From contig JBGQHJ010000040.1 in NCBI GenBank assembly GCA_041497895.1, forward strand, positions 1 to 32,215: 32,215 nt of DNA, given 5' to 3'. The notes under the pieces are model-generated. The model saw only the letters and a program-made list of their open reading frames with translations. It ran no database searches and was not told the origin of the DNA. The DNA comes from Candidatus Methylomirabilia bacterium. GTDB lineage: Bacteria > Methylomirabilota > Methylomirabilia > Rokubacteriales > CSP1-6. The position numbers and the translations under genes were made by a program. Each line of letters opens with the position of its first letter. The first letter of the stretch is position 1. Of the stretch, positions 9,071-19,326 are shown one piece after another.

Positions 9071-9259
9071 CTACTCCGGCTCCTCGCGCTCCTCGGTGGT
9101 CTGGCACGCGGTGCACACCCACGTGCGGAGCAGGGTGACGCGCTTCGGATCGCGCCTCAGCGTCCACGGCATCAGCTTCCGGGCGCCGCAGCGCGGGCAC
9201 ACCTCGGTCGGCTGACCCGGCTGCACCTCGTGCGGGAGCCACGGGATCTTGGGCTTCAT
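9071..9259 (-). CDS. Small Zn-ribbon protein, 62 aa
   Basis: CPRCG...WVCTACQ paired CxxC motifs; a perfect TATAAT 7 nt upstream of the ATG; fills the gap between neighbouring genes. Confidence 0.75.
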   Translation of the reverse strand: MKPKIPWLPHEVQPGQPTEVCPRCGARKLMPWTLRRDPKRVTLLRTWVCTACQTTEEREEPE

Positions 9260-9266
9260 GCGCGGG

Positions 9267-9272
9267 ATTATA
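9267..9272 (-). promoter_or_regulatory. Consensus -10 box (TATAAT) 7 nt upstream of the Zn-ribbon ATG
   Basis: ggTATAATcccgcgcATG on the minus strand; no SD. Confidence 0.65.
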
Positions 9273-9311
9273 CCCGAGCCTCGGCCGCGGGCCCACCAGC
9301 GGATGGCCCGC

Positions 9312-12300
9312 TCAGCCGCGCAGCAGTCGTCCCACGTCCTCCTGCGCGGTGGCGACCCGGCGCCAGCCCAGGAAGGTGCGCCGCAGGGCCGGATCCGGCA
9401 GCCGGGCGACGATCTCCTCCAGCGTGTCGGTGGTCAGTCGCGCCGCGGCCGCCGCCTGGTCCATCCGTCCGGTCGCCGCCTCGGTCCGGGCGAGCAGGTG
9501 GGCGGCCTGCCACGTGAGCGTGGGATAGCCGATACGTCGGGCGATCGCCAGCGCCTCGGCCAGGCTCGCGCGGGCGTCGTCGCGCTGGCCGCCGTCGAGG
9601 AAGATCTGACCGCGGAGGGCGTGGGCTCTCGCCTCGTACTTCAGCGACCCGGTGCCGCGGGCCTGTCGGAGCGCCTTGTCGGCGTGCTCGAGGGCGCGCG
9701 CAGGATCGCCGGTCGCGATCAGGGCCTCGCTGAGATACGCGCTCAGGTGGAGCGACCAGCGCCACCGGTGGGCGCCGAAGGCGAACTTCTCCACCCGCTC
9801 CTGGGTCTCCTCCATGAGGGCCAGGGCGCGCCGGGGATCGCCCAGGTTGAGCTCGTCGAGGCTCAGGTTGATCAGCGAGCTGACCTCGACGTTGGCGTTC
9901 TTGGCCCCCCGGCCGATCTCGGCCGCCTCGCGGTTGTACTCGGTGGCGCGGCGAAAGTCGCCGATCTCCTGGTAGAGCCAGCCCAGGGTGTTGGTGAGCC
10001 GGCCCATGATGAACGAGTTGTTGCGGTCGCGCGCCTTGGCCAGCCCATCGTCGATGGTGGCGAGCGCCTCCACGTAGTGCCCGAGGCCGATCTGGCTCAG
10101 GCACATGAACGCGCCCGAGATCATGTCGGAGAGGCCGTCGCTGATCTCGCGCGCGGCCGCCGCGGCCTCCCGGCTCGTCTCGATGGCCCGGGAGAACTCG
10201 CCGCGCCAGTTGGCGTGGGCTCCGAGCCAGGTGAGATTCACCGCCACCGTGTCCGCGAAGCCGCCGGCCCGGGCGATGCCCAGGGACTCCTCGAACAGCC
10301 GGTCGCCCTGCGCCGGGTCGCCGTCCGCCTGCGCGGCCAGGCCGAGATAGCAGAGGCTCCGCGCCACCACGTGCTGATCGCCGGTCTCCCGGCCGATGGC
10401 GAGGGCGTCCTGGGCGAACCGGCGGCAGTGGGCGATGCCCTCGTTGTTGAAGGTGAGGAACTGGCTGTAGGAGATCTCGACCAGCGCCTCGCCCTCGCGC
10501 ACCCGATCGCCCCCGCTCCGCGCCACCTCGCGCATGAGCTCGAAGGCGGCGATCGAGTCGGCGTAGCGGGCGAGCAGGCGCAGGGCCTCGCCCCGCCGGT
10601 GGTGGACTTCCACGATCCGGGTCGAGGCCAGCGGAGGCGTCACCCGCGCGGCGACCTCGAGGGCCCGCGCGTAGAAGTCGAGCGCGGCCTGGTTCGCGTA
10701 GGCCGCCTTGGCGCGGTCGCCGGACCGCACGAGGTAGGTGAAGGCCTTCTGCCAGTCGCCCCCGTTCTGGAAGTGGTGGGCCAGCTCCTCGGCGTGCTCG
10801 GCCAGCCGGTCGGCGTAGATCTCCTCGATCGCCCGGCCGACCGCGCGATGCAGCTCGCGCCGACGCTCCTTGAGCAGGCTCTGGTACGCGACGTCCTGGA
10901 TGAGGGCGTGCTTGAAGATGTAGGACGGCTCGGGGGCGAGCCCCAGCTCGTAGATGATCTCGAGCTCCTTCAGCTCCTCCAGCAGCTCGGTCAGCCGCTC
11001 CCTGACCCCCGCGACCCGCTCGAGCAGCCGCCCGAGGAACTGGCGCCCGATGACGGACGCGAGCTGCACCGTGCGCTTGCCGTCCTCGCCCAGCCGGTCG
11101 AGGCGGGCCATGATGATGCCCTGGATGGTGTCGGGCACGTTCAGGGAGTCCACGCCTTCCACGATCCGGTAGACGCCCCCGTCCCGCTGGAGCACGCCCA
11201 GGTCCAGCAGGGTCTTGGTGACCTCCTCGATGAAGAGGGGGACGCCTTCCGCCTTCTCCAGCAGCGCCTGGCGCAGGGCGGGGGGAAGGTCGTCGGCGCC
11301 GAGCACGTGGCCGGCCATGGTCACCGCGTCGGCCTCGGACAGGGCATGGAGGGTGAGCGCGGTGTGGAAGCTGCGGGCGGGGACCGGGGGCGAATAGCCC
11401 ACCCGGTAGGTGAGGATCACCATGAGGGGCACGCTGGCCACCGCGTCGGTCATCGAGGCGAGGTACTCCTCGGTTCCGGTGTCGATCCAGTGCAGGTCCT
11501 CGAAGACGAGGACGAGCGGACGCAGGCGCGCCCCGCGGAGCGACAGGGCCCGGATGGCCTCGAAGCACTTCTGCCGGCGCGCGCTCGCCTCCATGTCGAG
11601 GATGCCGCGGTCGCCGGGATCGACGGACAGCAGGTAGCGGACGTACGGGATGTGGGCCTCGAGCTCTCCCATGCGCCGCATGCCGTGCTCGACCTTGGCG
11701 ATGATCTCCGGCTCGCCGTCGAATTCCTCGATGTGGAAGTTGAGTCGGAGCTGGTCGATGAGCGGCAGGAACGGGATGGACTGGCCGAAGGAGACACACT
11801 GCCCCTCCAGCCAGGTGGCGCGCTCGTCGGCGTCCATGAGCGCCCGCCGGAACTCGAGGAGCAGGCGCGACTTGCCGATGCCCGCGTCTCCGGCCAGGGA
11901 CACGACCTGGCCGTGGCCGCGCTTGACCTGCGCGAAGCGCTCGAGCAGGACCTCCACCTCGCGCCCGCGCCCCACCAACGGGGTGAGCCCGCGCTCGACG
12001 GCCGCGTCGAGCCGGGAGCGCCGCGCGCGGGCCCGCAGCACCTCGAACGCGCGCACCGGCGCGCGGCCCTTCACCGCGACCTCGCCCAGGTCGAGCGTCT
12101 CGAAGAAGCCGCCGATGGCGGTCTGGGTCGCCGCGCTCACCACCACGCTGCCGGGGCGGGCGTTCTGCTGGAGACGCGCGGCCAGGTTGGTGGTGTCGCC
12201 GACCGCGGTGTAGTCCATCCGCAGGTCGTCGCCGATCTTCCCGACCACCACCGGTCCGGTGTGCAGCCCGATCCGCATCTGCAGGTGGAGGCCCCGCTGG

Positions 12301-12881
12301 GCCTGCAGCTCGCGATCGTAGTCCCGGAGGGCCCGCTGGACCGCGAGGGCCGCGTGCGCCGCGCGCCGCGGGCTGTCCTCGTGCGCGATCGGGGCGCCGA
12401 AGAGCGCCATCACCCCGTCGCCGGTGTACTGGTTGATCGTGCCCTCGAACCGGTGGACCTCGGCGGTGATCAGCTCGAAGCACCGGTCCACGATCCGGTG
12501 CACGTCCTCCGGATCGAGCTGCTCGGCCAGCCCGGTGAAGCCCGCGATGTCGGCGAAGAGGACGGTGACCTGGCGGCGCTCGCCCTCGAGGGCAGAGCGC
12601 GAGCGCAGGATCTTGTCGGCCAGGTGCCGCGGCGTGTAGGCGGCGACCGGGCCCCGGTAGGCGAGCGGCGGCGTGGCCGGGCCCGGGGGCGGGGTCGCCG
12701 CCGGCTCCGCCGGCTTCTCGACCGCGGCCTCGCCGAGACGCTTGCCGCAGGCCCCGCAGAACCGGGCCCCGGGCCGGAGCGGCACCCCGCAGCTCGGGCA
12801 CACCGACTCCAGCGCCGCTCCGCACTGATCGCAGAAGCGGTTCTCGGGCGGGTTGTCCATGCGGCAGGCCACGCACTGCAT
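9312..12881 (-). CDS. Double Zn-ribbon + class III adenylate/guanylate cyclase + STAND-like AAA ATPase + TPR-like protein, 1189 aa
   Basis: Four N-terminal CxxC motifs; ERRQVTVLFADIAGFT, QYTGDGVMALFG, RIGLHTG, GDTTNLAARLQ; Walker A GDAGIGKS; LVFEDLHWID; FKHAL; helical C-terminal repeats. Confidence 0.92.
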   Translation of the reverse strand: MQCVACRMDNPPENRFCDQCGAALESVCPSCGVPLRPGARFCGACGKRLGEAAVEKPAEPAATPPPGPATPPLAYRGPVAAYTPRHLADKILRSRSALEGERRQVTVLFADIAGFTGLAEQLDPEDVHRIVDRCFELITAEVHRFEGTINQYTGDGVMALFGAPIAHEDSPRRAAHAALAVQRALRDYDRELQAQRGLHLQMRIGLHTGPVVVGKIGDDLRMDYTAVGDTTNLAARLQQNARPGSVVVSAATQTAIGGFFETLDLGEVAVKGRAPVRAFEVLRARARRSRLDAAVERGLTPLVGRGREVEVLLERFAQVKRGHGQVVSLAGDAGIGKSRLLLEFRRALMDADERATWLEGQCVSFGQSIPFLPLIDQLRLNFHIEEFDGEPEIIAKVEHGMRRMGELEAHIPYVRYLLSVDPGDRGILDMEASARRQKCFEAIRALSLRGARLRPLVLVFEDLHWIDTGTEEYLASMTDAVASVPLMVILTYRVGYSPPVPARSFHTALTLHALSEADAVTMAGHVLGADDLPPALRQALLEKAEGVPLFIEEVTKTLLDLGVLQRDGGVYRIVEGVDSLNVPDTIQGIIMARLDRLGEDGKRTVQLASVIGRQFLGRLLERVAGVRERLTELLEELKELEIIYELGLAPEPSYIFKHALIQDVAYQSLLKERRRELHRAVGRAIEEIYADRLAEHAEELAHHFQNGGDWQKAFTYLVRSGDRAKAAYANQAALDFYARALEVAARVTPPLASTRIVEVHHRRGEALRLLARYADSIAAFELMREVARSGGDRVREGEALVEISYSQFLTFNNEGIAHCRRFAQDALAIGRETGDQHVVARSLCYLGLAAQADGDPAQGDRLFEESLGIARAGGFADTVAVNLTWLGAHANWRGEFSRAIETSREAAAAAREISDGLSDMISGAFMCLSQIGLGHYVEALATIDDGLAKARDRNNSFIMGRLTNTLGWLYQEIGDFRRATEYNREAAEIGRGAKNANVEVSSLINLSLDELNLGDPRRALALMEETQERVEKFAFGAHRWRWSLHLSAYLSEALIATGDPARALEHADKALRQARGTGSLKYEARAHALRGQIFLDGGQRDDARASLAEALAIARRIGYPTLTWQAAHLLARTEAATGRMDQAAAAARLTTDTLEEIVARLPDPALRRTFLGWRRVATAQEDVGRLLRG

Positions 12882-12926
12882 GGGGTATGAGTATCACGGC
12901 TGCCGCCGATACGCTAAGCTCGCCCG

Positions 12927-13820
12927 GTGTCCGGCCCGTACCTGATCCTCCTCGCCGCCAACCTCGTCTTCGCCACCGGCTACTCGGTCAGCCGGATCGT
13001 GCTCGCCGACATCGGACCCGCGACCCTCGGACTCGCTCGCGTGCTGATCGGCGCGGTGCTGCTCCTGGGGTGGGCCGGGTGGAAATCGGGCGGGCCCCCG
13101 CGCGCGGCGTGGACCGCGGGCGACCGGGTGCGAGTCGCCCTGATGGGCGTGGTGGGCTTCGCGCTCGCCTTCGCGCTCGGCAACTGGGGTCTCGCGCACT
13201 CGACCGCGAGCAACGGCGCGCTCCTCATCACGGTCGAGCCGACCACGCTGCTCGTGCTCGCGCCGCTCCTGCTGGGCGAGCGCCTGTCGCGGCGGGAGAC
13301 GGTCGGCGCGGCGCTGACCCTGCTGGGCGCCGTCGTCGTGGTCGTGAACGGGGTGCCCGGGCTCACCCGGTCGCTCATGCCGCACTGGCGCGGCGATCTG
13401 GCGCTCATCCTCTCCGGGATCGCCTACGCCGCGTACTCGCTGCTGGGGCGCGGCGTGCTGACCCGCCATCCGGTCGCGGCGGTCACCGCGCACTCGGTGG
13501 GGTGGGGCGCGATCTCGATCGCGCCACTGGCCTGGCTCGAGTGGCGCCTCGGCCCTCCGCCGGCGTGGACGCCGGCCGCGATCGCGGGCACGCTCTACAT
13601 GGGGGTGGTCATCACCGCGCTCGGCTACGCGGTCTGGAACTGGTGCCTGGAGCGGGTGGGGGCCGCGCGGGTGGCCGCGTTCGTCAACCTGCAGCCCCTG
13701 GCCGGCGCGCTCCTCGGGGTGTGGTGGCTGCGCGAGCCGGTGACGCCCTTCCTGGCGGCGGGGGGCCTGCTGATCGTGGCCGGCCTGCGCCTGACGGTGA
13801 AAGCCGGCCGAAGAGGGTAG
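12927..13820 (+). CDS. EamA/DMT family transporter
   Basis: About 10 hydrophobic segments in two EamA repeats (LLLGERLS, WWLREPVT); TAAGCT 6 nt upstream of the GTG. Confidence 0.9.
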   Translation: MSGPYLILLAANLVFATGYSVSRIVLADIGPATLGLARVLIGAVLLLGWAGWKSGGPPRAAWTAGDRVRVALMGVVGFALAFALGNWGLAHSTASNGALLITVEPTTLLVLAPLLLGERLSRRETVGAALTLLGAVVVVVNGVPGLTRSLMPHWRGDLALILSGIAYAAYSLLGRGVLTRHPVAAVTAHSVGWGAISIAPLAWLEWRLGPPPAWTPAAIAGTLYMGVVITALGYAVWNWCLERVGAARVAAFVNLQPLAGALLGVWWLREPVTPFLAAGGLLIVAGLRLTVKAGRRG

Positions 13821-13829
13821 AATACCGGC

Positions 13830-15554
13830 ATGCGGCGGGTACGGGTGGGGCTGGCCCAGGTGAACCCGACGGTGGGCGCCGTCGAGGCCAACGCGCGGAT
13901 GGTCGTCGCCGGCATGGACCGGGCCCGCACCCTCGGCTGCGACATCGTGGCGTTCCCGGAGCTGGTCCTGACCGGATACCCGCCCGAGGACCTGCTCTTC
14001 AAGCCCGCCTTCATCGAGGCCAACCTGCGCGCGCTCGACGAGGTGGCGCGGGCGAGCCGCGGGCTCACCGCGATCGTCGGCTACGTGGACAAGCGCGACG
14101 ACATCTTCAACGCGGCGGCCATCCTCCACGACGGGGTCCAGGCGGGCACGTATCACAAGCAGTACCTGCCGAACTACGGCGTCTTCGACGAGAACCGCTA
14201 CTTCCAGTCCGGCACCGAGTCGCCGGTGTTCACGATCGGCGAGACGGTCATCGCGGCCAACATCTGCGAGGACATCTGGTATCCGACCGGGCCCACCACG
14301 CTGCAGGCGCTGGGCGGCGCGGAGCTGGTGGTGAGCATCAACGCCTCGCCGTATCACGCGGGCAAGGGACGCTTCCGCGAGAAGATGCTGGCGACCCGCG
14401 CGGCCGACGATCTCGTGTGCCTGGCCTTCGTCAACACGGTGGGCGGCCAGGACGAGCTGATCTTCGACGGCCAGTCGTTGATGTTCAACGAGAAGGGCGA
14501 GTGCGTGGCCCGCGGCCGTGCCTTCGAGGAGGACTTCGTGGTGGCCGACCTGGACCTCGACGAGGTCTTCCGGGCCCGGCTGCACGACTCGCGGCGCCGG
14601 AAGGAGAAGCTGCGCGCCACCACCGTCGCGCCACGGCGGGTGGCGCTGCCGCCGCTGCCCGCGCCCGAGCGGCCGCGGCTCGCCGCCCACGAGGTGGCGG
14701 TGCTCGAGCCGGTGGAGGAGATCTACCAGGCGCTCGTCCTCGGCACCCGCGACTACGTCACCAAGAACGGGTTCGCCCACGTGGTGCTCGGCCTCTCGGG
14801 CGGCATCGACTCCTCGCTGGTGGCATCCATCGCGTGCGACGCGCTGGGGCCGGCCAACGTCACCGGGGTGACCATGCCCTCGCTGTTCTCGTCGGCGGGC
14901 ACGCGGGGGGACGCGGCGCGGCTCGCCCGGAACCTCGGCATCGAGTTCCTGCGGCTGCCCATCACCCCGGTGCTGAACGCCTACCGCCGCGCGCTGGTCA
15001 AGCCGTTCAAGGGGCTCAAGGAGGACGTCACCGAGGAGAACCTCCAGGCGCGCATCCGCGGCAACTACCTCATGGCGCTCTCCAACAAGTTCGGGTGGCT
15101 CGTGCTCACCACCGGCAACAAGAGCGAGATCGGAGTCGGCTACTCGACCCTCTACGGCGACATGGCGGGCGGCTTCGCGGTCATCAAGGACGTGCCGAAG
15201 ACGCTCGTCTACCAGGTGTGCGAGCACGTCAACCGGCGGGCGAGGCGCGATCTCATCCCGCGCTCGGTGTTCGAGCGGGCCCCCTCCGCGGAGCTGCGCC
15301 CGGACCAGACCGACCAGGACACGCTGCCGCCCTACGCGACGCTCGACGCGATCCTCGAGGCCTACGTGGAGGGCGACCAGGGCGTGGCCGACATCGTGGC
15401 GCGCGGCTTCGACGCCCCGACCGTCAAGCGGGTGATCGCGATGGTCGACCGCAACGAGTACAAGCGCCGCCAGGGGCCGATCGGGATCAAGATCACCCCG
15501 CGCGCCTTCGGCAAGGACTGGCGGCTGCCCATCGTCAATCGCTTCCGCGAGTAG
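13830..15554 (+). CDS. nadE: Glutamine-dependent NAD+ synthetase
   Basis: Nitrilase-type domain ([26 protein letters not shown]) plus synthetase domain ([43 protein letters not shown]). Confidence 0.96.
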   Translation: MRRVRVGLAQVNPTVGAVEANARMVVAGMDRARTLGCDIVAFPELVLTGYPPEDLLFKPAFIEANLRALDEVARASRGLTAIVGYVDKRDDIFNAAAILHDGVQAGTYHKQYLPNYGVFDENRYFQSGTESPVFTIGETVIAANICEDIWYPTGPTTLQALGGAELVVSINASPYHAGKGRFREKMLATRAADDLVCLAFVNTVGGQDELIFDGQSLMFNEKGECVARGRAFEEDFVVADLDLDEVFRARLHDSRRRKEKLRATTVAPRRVALPPLPAPERPRLAAHEVAVLEPVEEIYQALVLGTRDYVTKNGFAHVVLGLSGGIDSSLVASIACDALGPANVTGVTMPSLFSSAGTRGDAARLARNLGIEFLRLPITPVLNAYRRALVKPFKGLKEDVTEENLQARIRGNYLMALSNKFGWLVLTTGNKSEIGVGYSTLYGDMAGGFAVIKDVPKTLVYQVCEHVNRRARRDLIPRSVFERAPSAELRPDQTDQDTLPPYATLDAILEAYVEGDQGVADIVARGFDAPTVKRVIAMVDRNEYKRRQGPIGIKITPRAFGKDWRLPIVNRFRE

Positions 15555-15558
15555 GCGC

Positions 15559-15885
15559 CTGCTCCCCTCCGTCGTCCTGTTCCTCCTGGCCGGCCTCGCC
15601 GAGATCGGGGGCGGCTATCTCGTGTGGCTCTGGTGGCGCGAGGCGCGGCCGTGGCCGCTCGGGCTGGTCGGCGCCGCGGTGCTGGTCCTCTACGGGTTCA
15701 TCCCCACCTATCAGGCGGCCCACTTCGGGCGGGTCTACGCGGCGTACGGCGGCGTGTTCGTGGTGCTCTCGCTGCTCTGGGGCTGGGCCGTCGACCGCGT
15801 GGTCCCGGACCGCTACGACGTGGCGGGCGTCTGCCTGTGCCTGGCCGGCGTCGCGGTCATCATGTACTCGCCGCGCCCGGCTTAA
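15559..15885 (+). CDS. YnfA/UPF0060 family small membrane protein (apparent CTG start, 108 aa)
   Basis: [28 protein letters not shown]...[13 protein letters not shown]...PDRYD. The conserved N-terminal helix lies upstream of the first GTG (15622). Confidence 0.85.
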   Translation: MLPSVVLFLLAGLAEIGGGYLVWLWWREARPWPLGLVGAAVLVLYGFIPTYQAAHFGRVYAAYGGVFVVLSLLWGWAVDRVVPDRYDVAGVCLCLAGVAVIMYSPRPA

Positions 15886-15898
15886 GAGGGCGCTGGGC

Positions 15899-16414
15899 GT
15901 GGCGCCGGGCGGCGCGGCGGGCGGGCGCATCGACCCCGCCGACCACCTCCGCCGCCCGTGGCGGGTGCACGCCGTCGCGGCCGCCGAGGGGCTCCGCCTG
16001 CACGACGTCTGGGAGGTCGCGGTCCCGCTGCCCGCGGGCGTGCCGCTCGAGCGGTGGGTGGAGGCGCTGCGGACCGAGCCGCGGGGGTTGCCGTCGCGCG
16101 CGCTCTTCGCGATCCGCGTGGCGCTCGGCCGCGTCCTCGGCCTCGATCGGGGCGGCCGCGGCTTCGTGCCGGTCTACCGGGAGCCCGAGGAGATCCTGTC
16201 CCGGATCGCCAACCGCACCGTGACCGCGTTCCTGCACGTCTCGCTGGTCGAGCGCCATCCGCGCCTCGCGGTGTACGTCCGGCCCAACGGCGCGCTCGGG
16301 CGCGGCTACATGGCGCTCATCGACCCGTTCCGACGCTTCATCGTCTACCCGGCCCTGCTCGCGGCCGGCGCGCGCGCCGCCACCCGCCTCCGCGCAACCA
16401 CCTCGTCGCGGTGA
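15899..16414 (+). CDS. DUF2867-like hypothetical protein, 171 aa
   Basis: SD AGAGGG then GTG; PWRVH...LHDVW...LFAIR...IANRTV...AVYVRPNGALGRGYMALIDPFRRFIVYP. Confidence 0.7.
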   Translation: MAPGGAAGGRIDPADHLRRPWRVHAVAAAEGLRLHDVWEVAVPLPAGVPLERWVEALRTEPRGLPSRALFAIRVALGRVLGLDRGGRGFVPVYREPEEILSRIANRTVTAFLHVSLVERHPRLAVYVRPNGALGRGYMALIDPFRRFIVYPALLAAGARAATRLRATTSSR

Positions 16415-16435
16415 CCGCGCGATGGAACGCCTGCG

Positions 16436-18190
16436 CTAGCGCGCGGGGAGGGCGTCGAGAGACTGTAGAGTCGCGAGGCGGCGGTAGATGCCGTCGCTCC
16501 GCGCCATCAGCTCGTCGTGGGTGCCGATCTCCGCGATGCGGCCGGCGTGAACCACCACCACCCGATCGGCGTGCTTCACGGTGGCGAGCCGGTGGGCGAT
16601 CACGAGCACGGTGCGGCCCCGCATCAGCTCGGAGAGCGCCTGCTGGACCAGGAACTCGCTCTCCGCGTCCAGGTCCGAGGTCGCCTCGTCGAGGATCAGG
16701 ATCGGAGGATCCTTCAGGAACGCGCGCGCGATGGCCAGCCGCTGGGCCTGGCCGCCCGAGAGCTTGACGCCCCGCTCGCCCACCGAGGTCGCGTAGCCCT
16801 CGGGCAGGGCCGCGATGAAGTCGTGGGCCTGGGCCTGCCGGGCCGCGCGCTCGATGTCGGCGCGGGTGGCGCCCGGCTTGCCGTAGGCGATGTTGTACTC
16901 GACCGAGTCGTGGAACAGGAAGGTGTCCTGGGTGACGATGCCGATCAGGGCGCGGAGCGAGCTCACCGTGACGCCCCGGAGGTCGTGGCCGTCGAGGGTG
17001 ATGCGGCCGGTGGTCACGTCGTGGAAGCGGGGGAGCAGCTCCATCAGCGTGGTCTTGCCCGCGCCGGACATGCCCACGAAGGCGACCAGCTCGCCCTTGC
17101 GCACGGTCAGCGAGACGTCCTGCAGGGCCCAGTCCTCCACGTCGGGATAGCGGAAGCCGGCGGCCTCGAAGACGATCGAGCCCCCGAAGCCGGGGAGCGC
17201 GTGGGCGCCGGGGGCGTCCACGATGGCGGGCGGGGTGTCGAGGATCTCGAACACGCGCTCGACGGAGGCGATCGACTGCTGCACGGTGTTGACCATGCGC
17301 GAGAGCTGGCGGACGGGCCCGTACAGGAGGATCACCGCGGCGGTGAACGAGAAGAACTCCCCGGGGGTGAGGGCGCCCGAGATGACCCGGTAGCCGCCGT
17401 ACCAGAGCGCGCCCATGATGGCCACCGCGCCCAGCACCTCCATCAAGGGCTCGGCCATCTCGTCGATGCGGCGGTCCTTCAGGGCCAGGCCGAGGAGGCG
17501 GTCGTTGACCGAGTTGAACCGCTCCTGCTCGAGCCCCTCGCGGCCGAAGGCCTTGACGATCTTGGTGCCGGTGAACGACTCCTGGAGCACCACGTTGAGC
17601 TCGGCGATCTTCTGCTGGGTCCGGCGGTTGATCTTGTAGAGCTTGCGGCCGATGGTGCGCACCGCGACCCCCACCGCGGGGAAGACCGCGATCGCGATCA
17701 GGGTGAGCACCCACTCGCGCAGGAACATGACGGTGAGCAGCGCCGCGATCGTGCCCACGTGACGGACCGCCATCACCAGCACCGTGGAGGACAGGCGGGC
17801 CAGCCGGTTGACGTCGGTGACCACCCGGGTCATCAGCTCGGCGGAGTGGAGCGAGGCGAAGAAGGCGAGCGGCATCGACTGGATGTGGGCGTAGAGCTCG
17901 CGCCGGATGCGCGCGATCACGCGCTCGCCCACCGAGGCCATCAGGTAGGACTGGCCGAACCGGCCCGCGCCCTTGAGCAGGTACGCGCCGAGCAGGGCCA
18001 AGGGGATGATGCGTAGCATGGTGACGTCGCGCTTGAGGAAGATCTCGTCCATCGCGGGCTTGACCATCCAGGCGATGAGGGCCTCCGCGCCCGAGACCAG
18101 CATGGCCAGGACCCCGCCCAGGATCAGGATCGGCCAGTAGGGCCGGAGGTAGGGCAGCAGCCGCGCGAGCAGGCCGTAGCGCGCGGTCAC
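16436..18190 (-). CDS. MsbA-like ABC exporter (fused TMD + NBD)
   Basis: GTG overlapping the GT stop; six-TM domain; [47 protein letters not shown]. Confidence 0.9.
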   Translation of the reverse strand: MTARYGLLARLLPYLRPYWPILILGGVLAMLVSGAEALIAWMVKPAMDEIFLKRDVTMLRIIPLALLGAYLLKGAGRFGQSYLMASVGERVIARIRRELYAHIQSMPLAFFASLHSAELMTRVVTDVNRLARLSSTVLVMAVRHVGTIAALLTVMFLREWVLTLIAIAVFPAVGVAVRTIGRKLYKINRRTQQKIAELNVVLQESFTGTKIVKAFGREGLEQERFNSVNDRLLGLALKDRRIDEMAEPLMEVLGAVAIMGALWYGGYRVISGALTPGEFFSFTAAVILLYGPVRQLSRMVNTVQQSIASVERVFEILDTPPAIVDAPGAHALPGFGGSIVFEAAGFRYPDVEDWALQDVSLTVRKGELVAFVGMSGAGKTTLMELLPRFHDVTTGRITLDGHDLRGVTVSSLRALIGIVTQDTFLFHDSVEYNIAYGKPGATRADIERAARQAQAHDFIAALPEGYATSVGERGVKLSGGQAQRLAIARAFLKDPPILILDEATSDLDAESEFLVQQALSELMRGRTVLVIAHRLATVKHADRVVVVHAGRIAEIGTHDELMARSDGIYRRLATLQSLDALPAR

Positions 18191-19293
18191 GCCCGCCCCC
18201 GCGCCGCGAGGAGACGCCGGTAGAGCGCCTCGGTCCGCTGGATCTTCTGCGCCATCGAGAACTGTGCTTCCACCCGCTTGCGGCCGGCGCGGGCCATGGC
18301 CTTGGCCCGGGTCGGGTTCTCGAGCACGCGCAGGATGGCCTGGGCCAGGGCGTCGGGATTGCGCGGCGGCACCAGCAGGCCGGTCTCGCCCTCGACGATG
18401 AGCTCGGGGTGCCCCTCGATGTCGGTGGCGACCACCGGGGTCTCGACCGCGAGGGCCTCGCGCAGCGAGCCGGTGAGGCCGAGCCCGGCGTAGGAGGCGT
18501 CCACCACCAGGTCGCTGGCGGCCAGGATCTCCGGGATGTCCTCGCGGTGGCCGAGCACCGACACCGCGTCGCCGATGCCGCGGCGGAAGGCCCGGTCGCG
18601 CAGGGTGGGGATGCGCGGGGGCGGCGCGCCCACGAAGAGCAGCCGCGCGTGCGGGGCCGCGTGGCAGACGCGGGCCATCGCCTCCAGCACGTCGTCGTTG
18701 CCACGCCAGGAGCGGATGCCGACCTGGGTGACGAGGGCGTGCTCCGGGGACAGGCCGAGCTCGGTCCGGATGCGTCGCCCGTCCACGCCGGGATGGAAGC
18801 GGGTGAGATCGGTGCCGGAGTAGATGACCTCGATCTTGGCCTCCGGCACGCCGCCGGCCACCAGCCCGCGCTTGATGGACTCGCAGACCGCGACGATCGC
18901 GGACACTCGGGAGGTCGTGTATCCGAGGCGCGTCCAGCGATCCACCGGGAAGCTCACTCCGCGGTTCAGGATCAGCACCGGGATCGGGGCGACCAGCCCG
19001 GCGAGCAGCGCGAGCGATCGGGCGCGGCCCTTCTGGCAGTGCACGACCTCGACGTGGTGCTCGCGGATCAGGCGGGCGAGGGCCCACGCGGAGCGCAGGT
19101 CGAGGCTGCCGCGCATGGGCACTGGGGCGTGGCGCACCCGCGCCGTGGCGCAGGCGCGCTCCCACTGCGGGCTCGGCCGGGTGGCCACCACCACGCGATG
19201 GCCGTGCGAGGCCAGGCCCGTGGCCAGGTCGCGCAGCTGCATGGCCGCGCCGGTGAAGAAGTCCGACTTCGGATAGATCTGGAGAACGTTCAC
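18187..19293 (-). CDS. GT4-family (GT-B) glycosyltransferase
   Basis: VLQI...GAAMQLRDLA, AVCESIK, VIYSGTD, LGHREDIPEILAASD, EALAVETPVVATD, GETGLLVPP. Confidence 0.9.
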   Translation of the reverse strand: MNVLQIYPKSDFFTGAAMQLRDLATGLASHGHRVVVATRPSPQWERACATARVRHAPVPMRGSLDLRSAWALARLIREHHVEVVHCQKGRARSLALLAGLVAPIPVLILNRGVSFPVDRWTRLGYTTSRVSAIVAVCESIKRGLVAGGVPEAKIEVIYSGTDLTRFHPGVDGRRIRTELGLSPEHALVTQVGIRSWRGNDDVLEAMARVCHAAPHARLLFVGAPPPRIPTLRDRAFRRGIGDAVSVLGHREDIPEILAASDLVVDASYAGLGLTGSLREALAVETPVVATDIEGHPELIVEGETGLLVPPRNPDALAQAILRVLENPTRAKAMARAGRKRVEAQFSMAQKIQRTEALYRRLLAARGRA

Positions 19294-19326
19294 GAGCGGC
19301 GCATGCGCTTCCTCAGGGCCGGCCGG

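Noticed and set aside
9249..12897. Very long alternative-frame ORFs (9249..12890 +, 9268..12897 -)
   Set aside because: Shadow ORFs of the cyclase gene caused by high GC3 and stop-codon scarcity; low-complexity R/G/P/A-rich or antisense translations with no motifs.
12887..16414. 1175-aa ORF
   Set aside because: Only its last 171 codons (from GTG 15899, with SD) look protein-like; the rest overlaps EamA, nadE and ynfA out of frame.
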